IMG/VR virus record: IMGVR_UViG_3300038530_003247
Location: 65,192 to 129,191 of that record
Strand: one strand, 5' to 3'
Source: a virus
Taxonomy: Duplodnaviria; Caudoviricetes
DNA length: 64,000 nucleotides
In this document: piece by piece, positions 34,261-44,056 of the stretch
Numbering within the stretch: position 1 is the stretch's first letter
How the letters are laid out: the number at the start of each line of letters is the position of its first letter
Made by a program: the position numbers and the translations under genes
The notes under the pieces: generated by a model
The model's input: the letters and a program-made list of their open reading frames with translations, nothing else
Told to the model about the DNA's origin: nothing
Databases searched by the model: none

Positions 34261-35184
34261 ATGTCGTTCGAAAGTCTAAAGAAGCAATCCTCTCTGGGTT
34301 CCCTCACTTCCAAACTGGTCAAGGAAGTTGAGAAGATGAATGGTGGAGATAAAGGAGGCGATGATCGTCTCTGGAAACCCGAGATGGACAAAAGTGGTAA
34401 CGGTTACGCTGTAATTCGTTTCCTCCCTGCACCTGATGGAGAAGACCTCCCCTGGGTGAAGTTGTTCAACCACGCCTTCCAAGGTCCTGGTGGTTGGTAC
34501 ATTGAGAATTCTCTGACCACCCTGAACCAGAAAGACCCCGTCACAGAAAGTAATCGTGATCTGTGGAACAGTGGTCTTGATTCTGATAAGGATATTGTCC
34601 GTCAACGGAAGCGTAAGCTCTCCTTCTACGCCAACATTTATGTTGTGAAGGATCCTGCTAACCCTCAGAATGAAGGTGGTGTCTTCCTCTATCGTTTCGG
34701 TCGTAAGATCTTCGATAAGATCATGGAAGCAATGCAACCTGAGTTCGAAGACGAGACTCCCATCAACCCCTTCGACTTCTGGCAAGGTGCCAACTTCAAA
34801 CTGAAGCTGAAGAAGGTCGCAGGTTACTGGAACTATGACTCCAGTGAGTTCGCTGCACCATCTGCTCTTCTGAATGATGATGAGGCTCTGGAGGCAATCT
34901 GGAAGAAAGAATACTCACTGGCTGAGATCGTTGCTCCTGATAAGTTCAAAGATTATGACACTCTTCAGAAGCGTCTTGACTCTGTTCTTGGAGTTGGTAA
35001 ACCCAAGGCTCGTCCTCAAGAAGATCTCGATACTGAGGTATCAGAGACTGTCAAACCTGCAAGTGATGAAGAAGTTCTTCGTCGTCTTGAGGAGAGTGCT
35101 AAGGCAGCACGACAGGCTGAACCCGCCACCTCTGTTGAAGAGGATGACCCGATGAGTTACTTCAGTAAGCTCGCAGAAAGCTGA
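34261..35184 (+). CDS. gp32: Single-stranded DNA-binding protein gp32
   Basis: GNGYAVIRFLPA, HAFQGPGGWYIENS, GANFKLK, NYDSSEF. Confidence 0.96.
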   Translation: MSFESLKKQSSLGSLTSKLVKEVEKMNGGDKGGDDRLWKPEMDKSGNGYAVIRFLPAPDGEDLPWVKLFNHAFQGPGGWYIENSLTTLNQKDPVTESNRDLWNSGLDSDKDIVRQRKRKLSFYANIYVVKDPANPQNEGGVFLYRFGRKIFDKIMEAMQPEFEDETPINPFDFWQGANFKLKLKKVAGYWNYDSSEFAAPSALLNDDEALEAIWKKEYSLAEIVAPDKFKDYDTLQKRLDSVLGVGKPKARPQEDLDTEVSETVKPASDEEVLRRLEESAKAARQAEPATSVEEDDPMSYFSKLAES

Positions 35185-35192
35185 GGGAAAAA

Positions 35193-35278
35193 CGACCTTT
35201 GATTTCAAAAAAGGTCTAAAATTTTTTCCTGGGTAAAATTGACCTCCTTTAGGTTTTTCAGACCTGAAGGGGGTTTCT
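35193..35278. terminator. Hairpins between convergent gp32 and gp53 (probable bidirectional terminator region)
   Basis: GACCTTT/AAAGGTC and ACCTCCTTTAGGT/ACCTGAAGGGGGT inverted repeats. Confidence 0.55.
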
Positions 35279-35280
35279 GT

Positions 35281-35949
35281 TTAGGTGTATAACCTGATAT
35301 CGTCACCCCTCACAACACTTGGGCTCACATATTGAGACGATCCTTTTTTGTATGGCATAATTGCGTCAAGATCATCTTCAATCAACATGAGATAGAATGG
35401 TTTAAGGATATAGATGTTTCTACTTTCATTTTGAAGTCTCTCTTCTTCTTGATAGTTGGTAACTTCAACAGTAATTTGTGATGCCGTTACCTCACTTCCA
35501 AGTCCTGAATCATAATAATCAAGTGTGAAGTTCTTAGGGACTGTGAGACCAGCTGGGATGACAATTTTGTTGAGTGAATTCTTCACCTCAATGGTTTCAT
35601 GGTGATTGGTTGCGTTGATGTTCTCTTCTGAACCATACTTATTCATAAGATAATTATCGAACGATTGTTGATCGAGTGGCCACTCACTTCCAGGATTGAT
35701 GATATTATTTCCAAGCAGCACCACCCAATCATAGTTGGGAGTGTCATAAACTTCCTGAGATACGTCATCTGGACGATCTCCTGGTCTAATCTGAAAACGT
35801 GTAAAATAGAACAGATTATTGAAAATGTCTGGCCTAATCCTTGCTCTCTTGAATAGGTTTTTGGTTCTGATGTAGTCACCATTCTTCGCATTGGGAAGAC
35901 GGTTGACATAATCAAATTCTGGAACGTGTCTAAAGTAAGTTCTTGCCAT
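35281..35949 (-). CDS. gp53: Baseplate wedge subunit gp53
   Basis: YF..P, GDRPD, WVVLLGNNII...EWP, NE..R.IYILKP. Confidence 0.88.
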   Translation of the reverse strand: MARTYFRHVPEFDYVNRLPNAKNGDYIRTKNLFKRARIRPDIFNNLFYFTRFQIRPGDRPDDVSQEVYDTPNYDWVVLLGNNIINPGSEWPLDQQSFDNYLMNKYGSEENINATNHHETIEVKNSLNKIVIPAGLTVPKNFTLDYYDSGLGSEVTASQITVEVTNYQEEERLQNESRNIYILKPFYLMLIEDDLDAIMPYKKGSSQYVSPSVVRGDDIRLYT

Positions 35950-35950
35950 T

Positions 35951-37444
35951 TTAGTAACCCATGTTGAGTGCGCCTTCTTCTGCTGTTTGGTCCCGCTGAT
36001 AGATTGGTGCGATTTCCATGAAGTTCATGGATAAGTTATATGATGTCATCGACCCATCGGGGTGAGTCATGTAGAAGTTGTCAGGAGTGTAGTTCACATC
36101 GAATGCCTGTAAAGCCACTGGTTTGAACTTAGGAAGGAATGGATGTTGTCCGTTATTTTCTCCAAAGATAAACTCCAGTGTGAAAACGTTAGGAGTGTAG
36201 AGGAAAACACTTCCGTTTGAAGTTGCAGGAGCCATGTTCCTTTTGAAGAACTTAATGATGTCTCTGCACATATTTGCTTCATCCAATTCTCTTGGACAAA
36301 GTTTAAAGTTGAAGTTAAACTGACGAAGTGTTGGTCCTTTGAACAGAAGTTCTAAGTTTGGGTTGAGAACTTGACCTGTCGATCGAGCAACAATGTTTCT
36401 TCCAACGGCTTGACCTGCAAAATATGCTGTGATGTATGGTGCCATTCCTGATTCAGAGAGCAGTTTCTCAGCGGATTCGGAGATGTCTTTCACCATTCCA
36501 GAGGCTGCTCCTGAGAAGTCTAAATTCCCAAGTTTACCAATCGCGTTACCTGCGGCTCCGGCGAGTGCACCTTGAATCGCATTCAGATCATCTTGTCCCC
36601 AGCTCACAGCTGTGCTTTCTTCAATGTTTGGTTGCATCGGAAGTAAGACACTTCCTAGAGAAGCTCCAAGATTTATACGACCGAAACCACTATTACCAGC
36701 TAAGTCAGAAAAGTTTACGGATTCTCCACCGGCACCAGGTGCTCTGTACTTGTAAGCAGTAACTCTAATGTAATCAAAACCAAGTTCTTGTAAGTTAGCT
36801 ATAGGATATCTAAGTTCCCTTGCCGATGATGCTCTGGATGCAGCTCTGGTCTGGTTTGGTTGAATTCCTCCAGAGTCGTTGGATCTTGTGGCGATTGGGA
36901 TACTACTTTCACCTGTTGGGTCAACACCAGAGTTCGGTCCTGTCACTGGAACCGATTTTCCAGCAGTGAAATTGATTGGACCAGCAGTGAGAGTTTGAGG
37001 TTGACCCGAATATGGATTAAAGTCAGTAACTGTCCCATTATTGTTCACCAACTGTCCTGTTATGGGGTTGGTCACATAGGGGACCTTTTGGGTAGTGGAG
37101 TAATGAGTTCTGAGTAGATCCCCCTGGAGGACACTCTCATACTTTGTTGTGTCATTGAGGATAAGTGCTCTATCGTGATTGAAGAGAGGAACACCTTCCA
37201 GATAAAATTTCTCAGTAAACTCATCTACGGTTAATTGTTCCTCACCCGATACACTACTATTGTAGAGTTGAGTGAATCTTTCACTGTCCGTGAGAGTCCA
37301 TTCTGCATCAGTGGACTGAGCAAGAAGTTTACCCTTTGAGGAACTGTTCGACGACTGCCTAACCTCAATCAAGGCTGTTTCGGTTTCAGTGAACTCATCC
37401 ACCTTCAGGAAGTCCCAAATTCTAGATGATTTATACGACGCCAT
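35951..37444 (-). CDS. gp48: Baseplate tail-tube cap gp48
   Basis: LRYP, NPNLELLFKGP.LR.F.F, VNYTPD. Confidence 0.85.
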   Translation of the reverse strand: MASYKSSRIWDFLKVDEFTETETALIEVRQSSNSSSKGKLLAQSTDAEWTLTDSERFTQLYNSSVSGEEQLTVDEFTEKFYLEGVPLFNHDRALILNDTTKYESVLQGDLLRTHYSTTQKVPYVTNPITGQLVNNNGTVTDFNPYSGQPQTLTAGPINFTAGKSVPVTGPNSGVDPTGESSIPIATRSNDSGGIQPNQTRAASRASSARELRYPIANLQELGFDYIRVTAYKYRAPGAGGESVNFSDLAGNSGFGRINLGASLGSVLLPMQPNIEESTAVSWGQDDLNAIQGALAGAAGNAIGKLGNLDFSGAASGMVKDISESAEKLLSESGMAPYITAYFAGQAVGRNIVARSTGQVLNPNLELLFKGPTLRQFNFNFKLCPRELDEANMCRDIIKFFKRNMAPATSNGSVFLYTPNVFTLEFIFGENNGQHPFLPKFKPVALQAFDVNYTPDNFYMTHPDGSMTSYNLSMNFMEIAPIYQRDQTAEEGALNMGY

Positions 37445-37462
37445 TTGGTGAAGTTGTGGGTT

Positions 37463-37825
37463 TTAGTTATTTAGAGTGAATTTTTGGTAAGCCATGGATC
37501 TGAGGTCACTCAACTCACTTTCACGAACAATATGAAGTTGACTTTGAGTTTCAACCCAATCATAATTACGAACTTCTCCCCAATGGAAGTTGATACCTCT
37601 AAATCCCCACTTGAAGACACCAATACAAGCAATCAGTGGAAACTCATCATAAAGAAGTCTCGGTGTCTTTGCTTTGTAGATGAATGTGTAATATTTTCCC
37701 ACTTCTGGAATAACATCCGTCTCTTTGAGAGTATCCATGATCAGTAACATCTTGTCATCAGGGTCCTGAATAAGAGATGTTTGATCAAGAAGATCTCTTG
37801 TTCTGATTGGTTCTGGATTAGCCAT
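37463..37825 (-). CDS. gp2: DNA end protector gp2-like
   Basis: GKYYTFIYKAKT...YDEFPL...GINFHW. Confidence 0.7.
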   Translation of the reverse strand: MANPEPIRTRDLLDQTSLIQDPDDKMLLIMDTLKETDVIPEVGKYYTFIYKAKTPRLLYDEFPLIACIGVFKWGFRGINFHWGEVRNYDWVETQSQLHIVRESELSDLRSMAYQKFTLNN

Positions 37826-38261
37826 TGAACAAGTTGTCCTCTGTGATTATTTTGAATTCAACTCCATTATCCAAACAGAAGTCCTCAGCAGCTTTCCACT
37901 TAGCCCGATTGACTTCATATGTCCTCACTTCATTAATATAACTCTGAGTTACACGACTCCTTTTCTTTGGAGGCATTGTTTGTTTCTTTGGTTTGACTTC
38001 AACAACATATTTCTTGACCTTTCCACCCTTCTCCTTCACTTCAATCAGATAATCTGGAAAGTAACGATGAACTCTGTGATCGACAGGAGAGACATAAGGA
38101 ATGCTGAACTCTTCTGATGCCCACCTGAGGATGTTTTCGTTCTTATCACACCAGAGGCAGAACTTTCTTTCCCAAGAACTTCTACAAATAATGTTGTTCG
38201 GGTCACCTTGATATTTCTTTGGGTTGCTCGGTTTGAACCGACTTTTAATAGGTCTCCCCAT
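37818..38261 (-). CDS. gp4: Head completion nuclease gp4
   Basis: NPKKY.GD, RSSWE, HRYFPD, EVKP, KWKAA. Confidence 0.92.
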   Translation of the reverse strand: MGRPIKSRFKPSNPKKYQGDPNNIICRSSWERKFCLWCDKNENILRWASEEFSIPYVSPVDHRVHRYFPDYLIEVKEKGGKVKKYVVEVKPKKQTMPPKKRSRVTQSYINEVRTYEVNRAKWKAAEDFCLDNGVEFKIITEDNLFNG

Positions 38262-38266
38262 ACCCA

Positions 38267-38299
38267 CTAAATAAAGCATACTAATCAACCAATATTTAG
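38267..38299. promoter_or_regulatory. Two facing late promoters between divergent gp4 and the tube-initiator gene
   Basis: CTAAATA on + at 38267-38273 and on - at 38299-38293. Confidence 0.6.
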
Positions 38300-38950
38300 A
38301 TGGCTAGTGCAGGCGGTTCGAACCCAAGAGCGACGAGGATCAGAACATCTGACCTCAGGACACGCGTTGCAAATGTCGCAACAACAACCAATTATATTGT
38401 CAAACTGCAACCACCCTCGGCCGTTAGTGAATTCTTGAGCTCTAGGGGTTTCACTTATACCAGTGATGATGGTTTTAATGTGGAGTTGTCCTGTAATGTC
38501 GCACAACTTCCTGGTTCTAATTTCCAAACACATTTACAACAGAATGATTATGCTGGTGTGTCAGAGAGAATGGTTTATCGGAGAGAATATGATACAAACC
38601 TGTCTTTCACATTCATGGTGAATAATCGTTATGATGTTGTTGAGATGTTTGATGGTTGGATGGACTTTATTGCAGGACAAGGAGACACCTCAGCATTTCT
38701 AAGTCCTTTTGCTTCTTACAGGACCGCTTATGCAGAAGATTACAGATCAAATATTCACATTACTAAGTTTGAGAAGAATGTTGATGCGAAATCATTGAGG
38801 GGTGAAAGACCAAGACAACTACAATACACCATGGTTGGTGCATATCCCATTTCGACACAACCAATGCAAGTTGGTTATGGAGACAGAAATAACATGTTAC
38901 AATATAGCATTAACATGACCTTCATTCGTTATGTGAGAAAAAGAGTTTAA
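38300..38950 (+). CDS. Tail-tube-fold baseplate protein (gp54-like)
   Basis: SC..AQLPG, FTF...FDGWM, AYP; synteny. Confidence 0.7.
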   Translation: MASAGGSNPRATRIRTSDLRTRVANVATTTNYIVKLQPPSAVSEFLSSRGFTYTSDDGFNVELSCNVAQLPGSNFQTHLQQNDYAGVSERMVYRREYDTNLSFTFMVNNRYDVVEMFDGWMDFIAGQGDTSAFLSPFASYRTAYAEDYRSNIHITKFEKNVDAKSLRGERPRQLQYTMVGAYPISTQPMQVGYGDRNNMLQYSINMTFIRYVRKRV

Positions 38951-39000
38951 CCCCATAAACCCTACCTAAATATTCACACTGAGATTTTTATTACTTTACA

Positions 39001-39717
39001 ATGCCTTTACCAAAAATTGCAACTCCAACTTATCAGTTAGAACTGCCTTCTACAAAGAAAAAGATTAACTATCGTCCCTTTCTTGTGAAGGAGGAAAAAC
39101 TTTTGGTTCTTTCGATGGAGAGTGAAGACGCGAAACAGATTACAACAGCAATCAAGAATGTACTGAAAGCATGTATCTTGACCAGAGGTGTCAAGGTTGA
39201 AACTCTTCCAACGTTTGACATTGAGTTCTTGTTTCTCAACATTCGTGCCAAGTCGGTTGGTGAGATTGTTGAGTTGAAGTTGATTTGTCCTGATGATAGA
39301 ATTACGGAAGTTGACGTTGAACTTGACATTGAAGAAATTCGTGTTCAGGAACAAGAGGGTCACGATAAAACAATTATTCTTGATGACAATCTGAGGATGG
39401 ACATGAAGTATCCCTCCCTTGATCAATTCATCAAGAGCAACTTTGATGTTGGAAATGTAGACATTGAGCAGTCTTTTGAGTTGATTGGTGCTTGTGTTGA
39501 TAGAATTTATAATGAGGATGAGGTTTGGGACGCTGCTGATGTCTCAAAGAAAGAAGTCATCGAGTTTCTTGAGCAGATGAACTCGAAGCAATTCAAGGCC
39601 ATCGAGAAGTTCTTTGAGACGATGCCAAAACTTACTCATACAATCCAAATTACCAATCCAAAAACCAAAGTTAAGAGTCCTATCGTGTTGGAGGGTCTAA
39701 ACTCTTTTTTCGCGTAG
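39001..39717 (+). CDS. gp26: Baseplate hub assembly protein gp26
   Basis: MPLPKI..P.Y.L.LPS, YRPFLVKEEK, IRAKSVGE, FFETMPKL. Confidence 0.92.
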   Translation: MPLPKIATPTYQLELPSTKKKINYRPFLVKEEKLLVLSMESEDAKQITTAIKNVLKACILTRGVKVETLPTFDIEFLFLNIRAKSVGEIVELKLICPDDRITEVDVELDIEEIRVQEQEGHDKTIILDDNLRMDMKYPSLDQFIKSNFDVGNVDIEQSFELIGACVDRIYNEDEVWDAADVSKKEVIEFLEQMNSKQFKAIEKFFETMPKLTHTIQITNPKTKVKSPIVLEGLNSFFA

Positions 39718-39722
39718 GAATG
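39690..39722 (+). promoter_or_regulatory. Candidate -1 programmed frameshift signal linking gp26 to gp51
   Basis: GGAGG 39690-39694; T TTT TTC 39705-39711; -1 frame open into ATG 39720. Confidence 0.6.
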
Positions 39723-39887
39723 GTACACATGACTCTTGAGGCTTATTTCAAACTGAACTTCGCCCTCATGCAGTACCATAAATACTCACTGACGGAGATT
39801 GAAAATATGGTTCCGTGGGAACGGGACATTTACGTTACACTCCTCCAGCAACATCTTGAAGAAGAGAAGAAAAAGCAAATGGAGTAA
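39720..39887 (+). CDS. gp51: Baseplate hub assembly catalyst gp51-like (below cutoff)
   Basis: NFALMQYHKYSLTEIENMVPWERDIYV. Confidence 0.85.
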   Translation: MVHMTLEAYFKLNFALMQYHKYSLTEIENMVPWERDIYVTLLQQHLEEEKKKQME

Positions 39888-41990
39888 ATGGCAGATCCAA
39901 AGAAGTCAAACTCAGTAAATGATAATCCAACATCAACTGACGTTGTGGATGTTGATGAAAGTGTTGCGAAGGCGATTGGAATTCAAGAAGACTTTGACCT
40001 GTCATATGGAGAATACATAACTCTTCTAAAAGAAGCTGCAATCAAAGGAAGAGGAGTCAATCCAACAATTGATGGACCGACAACAGAGAAGGTCACAGAA
40101 GAACTTAAGAGAGTAAGAGGAAAGAAAGGACGGATTAGGCCGAAGGTAAAGAAGATTTCCGTCAGAAAAGTATTCAACAGAAAACCACGAAATACAGGGG
40201 AAATGATTAGTGGTGGGTCTTCTTCTCTTGCTCTGAGGTCGGCAAATCCTGCTCTATCTCCAGAATCGTTGAAAGAAGAGAAGAAGGAAGAAGAAGAAAA
40301 AAAAGAGATGAGGATGGACAAGTTTGTCTCATCGTCTCTTCAAAAGATTGCAAAGAATATTAATGACGTTGAGGAAGTTGTTGTCACCATCTTAGGGGCT
40401 GAAAAGACAAAAGCAAAATCAGATAGGACGTCGAGACTTCTTGCGAGAAGAAAAGAAAAAGAAGAATCAAGTGAGAAGAAAGTTAAGGAAGATTCTAGAG
40501 GTTTCTTGAAAGATTTCAAGCCAGAGATTCCTTTCATGGAACAAATCCAGAGGTACTTTGGAAACATTCTTGCTGGTGGAGCAGTCTTAGGATTGTTGAA
40601 TTGGGTCAAGGATCCTGAGAATGAAGGGAAGATTGAATCATTTACAACCTTCTTAGAAGAGACTGCTCCAGTAATTTTGGGTGCATTTGCTGCCTTGGTC
40701 GGTCTTGGCATCGGAGGGAAACTTCTTGGATTTGTGAATCTCTTTCTTCCTCTCGTAAAGGGTCTTATGGGAGTCTTGAGTAAATTAGGTAAGGCTCTTC
40801 TTGGTGCAGGTAAAGCATTGTTGGGAGTCCCTGGTGTTGCTCCACTTGGTGCATTTCTTGCAGGTACAGCTGGAACTCTTCTTGCGATGAAGGGTGCTGT
40901 TGATATTGCAGAGAATGTGGCAGCAGGAGGAGAGGGACAGAAGAAGGCAATCAAGTCATTGGAACAGGAAATCAGAGATCAAGACATCAGAAAGGTTGGT
41001 GACAAATATTATAAGATGGAGGGAACAGAACGACAAATCAAAGCAGGAAAGGGTGACAGAAGAGAGTTGAATGAAGAAGAACAATCCTTTGTTGACGAGA
41101 GAGTTGAGAAGATTGAAAAGATTCAAGCAAATGTTGAAGAGAGAAACCGAGCCAAAGCTGAGATATCAGAACAAGAGAGACTTGAAATTGAAGCTCTGTA
41201 TTCTGACGAGTCAATGACTACAGAATATACAGGTGGTAAAAGAGCTTCTGGAGGAAGAGATAGAGTCCTCAATGAAGAAGGTAAAAAGAGAATGGCTGAG
41301 ATACAAGAAAGAGCTCAAACAGCTAGAGATAAAGAAAATTTATTGTCGAGAATGTATGCTGTTCAGTATGAGAAACCAGAAGAGTATGAAGCTTTAGTTG
41401 CGGAACACGGAGAAGAAAAGGCTCAATATCTCTTGTGGTCTATGTTGACTCATGGTGATAATGTTACTGATGAAAAATTGAATGATGAGTCTAATATTGC
41501 TGAATTCCAGAAGGATACTGGTATTGATCTGAGTGTAACTCCAGTCAAGCAATCAAAGAAGGAAAAGGATCCATTGACAAGTATGGATCCCACAATGATG
41601 GGAGCGAAGAATCCTGCCGTCTTCGAAGCAACCAAGAAGACAAGAACAGATATGCAATCTCGGGGTCTGACACCAGAACAAACTGAAAGAAAGGTTCTTG
41701 AGGCAACAGTATCACAACCTAAGATGCCTGAGATGGTTGGACCCACTGGAGTGGATGCACCAACACTTCCGATTGCTCCAGTGCAGAAGATGAAACCAAT
41801 TCTTGATCCACCTGGGATGGAGGATAAAGATAAATCTACTATCCTTCCTGGACAATCTGGTGGGTCCAATGAACCTTCTGCATCATCTTCATCTCAGGGT
41901 GACATTGATTTCTTCTCATCTGAAGATGATGGTAATGACTCGTTACTTGGTGTGAAGGGTCTTTATAACATAACGGCGGTGGCAACATGA
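39888..41990 (+). CDS. Tail-length/tape-measure-like helical protein
   Basis: Charged coiled-coils plus Gly/Ala/Leu hydrophobic segment; position after gp26/gp51. Confidence 0.55.
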   Translation: MADPKKSNSVNDNPTSTDVVDVDESVAKAIGIQEDFDLSYGEYITLLKEAAIKGRGVNPTIDGPTTEKVTEELKRVRGKKGRIRPKVKKISVRKVFNRKPRNTGEMISGGSSSLALRSANPALSPESLKEEKKEEEEKKEMRMDKFVSSSLQKIAKNINDVEEVVVTILGAEKTKAKSDRTSRLLARRKEKEESSEKKVKEDSRGFLKDFKPEIPFMEQIQRYFGNILAGGAVLGLLNWVKDPENEGKIESFTTFLEETAPVILGAFAALVGLGIGGKLLGFVNLFLPLVKGLMGVLSKLGKALLGAGKALLGVPGVAPLGAFLAGTAGTLLAMKGAVDIAENVAAGGEGQKKAIKSLEQEIRDQDIRKVGDKYYKMEGTERQIKAGKGDRRELNEEEQSFVDERVEKIEKIQANVEERNRAKAEISEQERLEIEALYSDESMTTEYTGGKRASGGRDRVLNEEGKKRMAEIQERAQTARDKENLLSRMYAVQYEKPEEYEALVAEHGEEKAQYLLWSMLTHGDNVTDEKLNDESNIAEFQKDTGIDLSVTPVKQSKKEKDPLTSMDPTMMGAKNPAVFEATKKTRTDMQSRGLTPEQTERKVLEATVSQPKMPEMVGPTGVDAPTLPIAPVQKMKPILDPPGMEDKDKSTILPGQSGGSNEPSASSSSQGDIDFFSSEDDGNDSLLGVKGLYNITAVAT

Positions 41991-44056
41991 TTGGAATGAT
42001 TGCTGGAAGTTTGGCTAAAGGTCTCATTGGTGGGAGCGCCAAGAAGTCCGCGGTGGCTGGTGCAAGTCAAGCAATCGTCAAGAGGACCAAAAAAGACAAA
42101 CAAGTAAAGGAGAAACCAAAGGCAATTCCTTTCAAAAGATCAACTCGTTCATCGGGTGGATTGAGTCTGGCTAACTTCACGAGCGCACTTAAACTCAATG
42201 AGGAAATCAAAAAGGTTGAAGTAAAAGTAGAAGAAGGAGATGAAGGAGATGAAAAGGTTGCGGATTCTTTGTCACTCTTAGACAAAGCCACAAGATCTCT
42301 TAAGAAAGCCATGTTGGGTCTTGTTAACTTTAGGAAAAAAGAAGATAAGAAATTAGGAGAAGAGGAGAGAACTGCGGGGAGAGAGGCAAAAGAGAAAGGA
42401 TTTGAGAGCGGGGCTCTTGGATTTGTCCGCAATATTGTACAACCATTCATCGATAATACGATGGATTATCTCAAGAACATTCTACTTGGTGGAATTATTC
42501 TCGCTCTTGTTCAAAATATTGAGAAGATCTTTAATTACATTGAGAAACTTTGGACTGAGACTCTTGAACCAATTTTCAAATGGTTGAACAAATGGGTCTT
42601 CGGACCAATATGGACTGGATTGAAGTGGATCGCAACCGGAGGTGCTGCACTTATTGAAACAATCATGGAGAATCCTCTGACACAGGGAGTGATTGATCAG
42701 ATTAAAGCTGGCCTTGAGGAGATTGGCAAAGTCTTCAGACCTCTTGAACAAATGATCAAGGATATTACTGGCATTGATTTCGGTTCTGGTGACGGATCTG
42801 ATGATGAAGGTACTAGTGGTCAAACTGCAACTCGTGGTCGTCAAATGGGACCACAATATGAGGGTGGTGGATCTGCCACATTTGATGTGATTGCCTCTGG
42901 TGAAGGAGACTACAACTCAGTCAACCGAGGAACTGCTGGTGACACACCTGGTGGTGCCAAATCTGTTGTTGGAAAAAACCTGACTGATATGACAGTTGGT
43001 GAGGTGATGGCTGCACAATCTTCTGGTCAATTGTTTGCTGTTGGAAAGTATCAGATCATTCCAACCACAATGAAGGAGTTTGTGTCTGGTGCTGGTATTG
43101 ATAAGAATGTAAAGTTCAATGAGGCAACACAAGAGAAGTTCAAAGATTATGTTATCAATGTCAAGAGACCAGAAGTAGGTAGATATTTGAGAGGGGAGAG
43201 TGATGATGTTGAAGCTGCTGCACAGGGGTTGGCCAGAGAGTTTGCATCTGTTGGTCTTGCGAGACCAGAAGCTGGTAGAGGTGTAAATCAATCCAGATAT
43301 GCCGGAACTGGAGGAAACAGAGCATCCATCTCAACAGAAGAGATTCAGTCTGCTTTAAAGAGAGATAGGGCAGCAGGTTCAACCCCAAGAATGATACAAC
43401 CACTCCCACCATCTCAACGATCAAGAGGTTCAACACCTATTCTTCCTGGAGAGAGCCGGGTGTCAAGTGACATTATGGAATTTAGACAGTTTAGAACCTC
43501 AATGGGTGGAGATGCCACGAGACGACCAACTGCTAACCCTGATTATTACCAAATCAGAGAAATGGGTGTTTATGGAAGTGGTAATTATAAGATTAGTCCT
43601 CTGGCTGATGACACCAGTTATGAGATTGGAGTTCACAAAGGTGCAGGACACCATGAGAACAGAGCCTTTGACATCCCGGTCCCTAACAGTTCTGCAGAGG
43701 GTGATCAAGTTGCAAAGTTTTGGAGAGATCGTGGATACAAAGTGATTTGGAGATCAGCTGGTCACTATGATCATGTTCATGTAGAAGTTCCGAGGGAGAA
43801 ATCTAAAGAATTCTTTAGAGTGATTCCGGAACTGCAGAAACAACCAGCACCTCCAAGTGACAGAGCAAAGGAAGTTTCACAAGAACCTTCTTATAGTAAA
43901 AAGAAGAATGTTATCATTGTCGCACCTAGTCCTCAGCCCACTTCTTCTTTTAGCGGAGGAGGAGGTCACAGAGGTGGATCTCGCTCTCATTCTAAGAAAA
44001 GTGCGTTAAATAGTCTTACGAAACAAAGAGCAAATAGTCAACTTTATTCCTCTTAA
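41987..44056 (+). CDS. Tape-measure-like protein with lysozyme-like and Zn-peptidase-like domains
   Basis: IASGEGDYN...AVGKYQIIP.T; HHENRAFD...HYDHVHVE. Confidence 0.65.
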   Translation: MIGMIAGSLAKGLIGGSAKKSAVAGASQAIVKRTKKDKQVKEKPKAIPFKRSTRSSGGLSLANFTSALKLNEEIKKVEVKVEEGDEGDEKVADSLSLLDKATRSLKKAMLGLVNFRKKEDKKLGEEERTAGREAKEKGFESGALGFVRNIVQPFIDNTMDYLKNILLGGIILALVQNIEKIFNYIEKLWTETLEPIFKWLNKWVFGPIWTGLKWIATGGAALIETIMENPLTQGVIDQIKAGLEEIGKVFRPLEQMIKDITGIDFGSGDGSDDEGTSGQTATRGRQMGPQYEGGGSATFDVIASGEGDYNSVNRGTAGDTPGGAKSVVGKNLTDMTVGEVMAAQSSGQLFAVGKYQIIPTTMKEFVSGAGIDKNVKFNEATQEKFKDYVINVKRPEVGRYLRGESDDVEAAAQGLAREFASVGLARPEAGRGVNQSRYAGTGGNRASISTEEIQSALKRDRAAGSTPRMIQPLPPSQRSRGSTPILPGESRVSSDIMEFRQFRTSMGGDATRRPTANPDYYQIREMGVYGSGNYKISPLADDTSYEIGVHKGAGHHENRAFDIPVPNSSAEGDQVAKFWRDRGYKVIWRSAGHYDHVHVEVPREKSKEFFRVIPELQKQPAPPSDRAKEVSQEPSYSKKKNVIIVAPSPQPTSSFSGGGGHRGGSRSHSKKSALNSLTKQRANSQLYSS

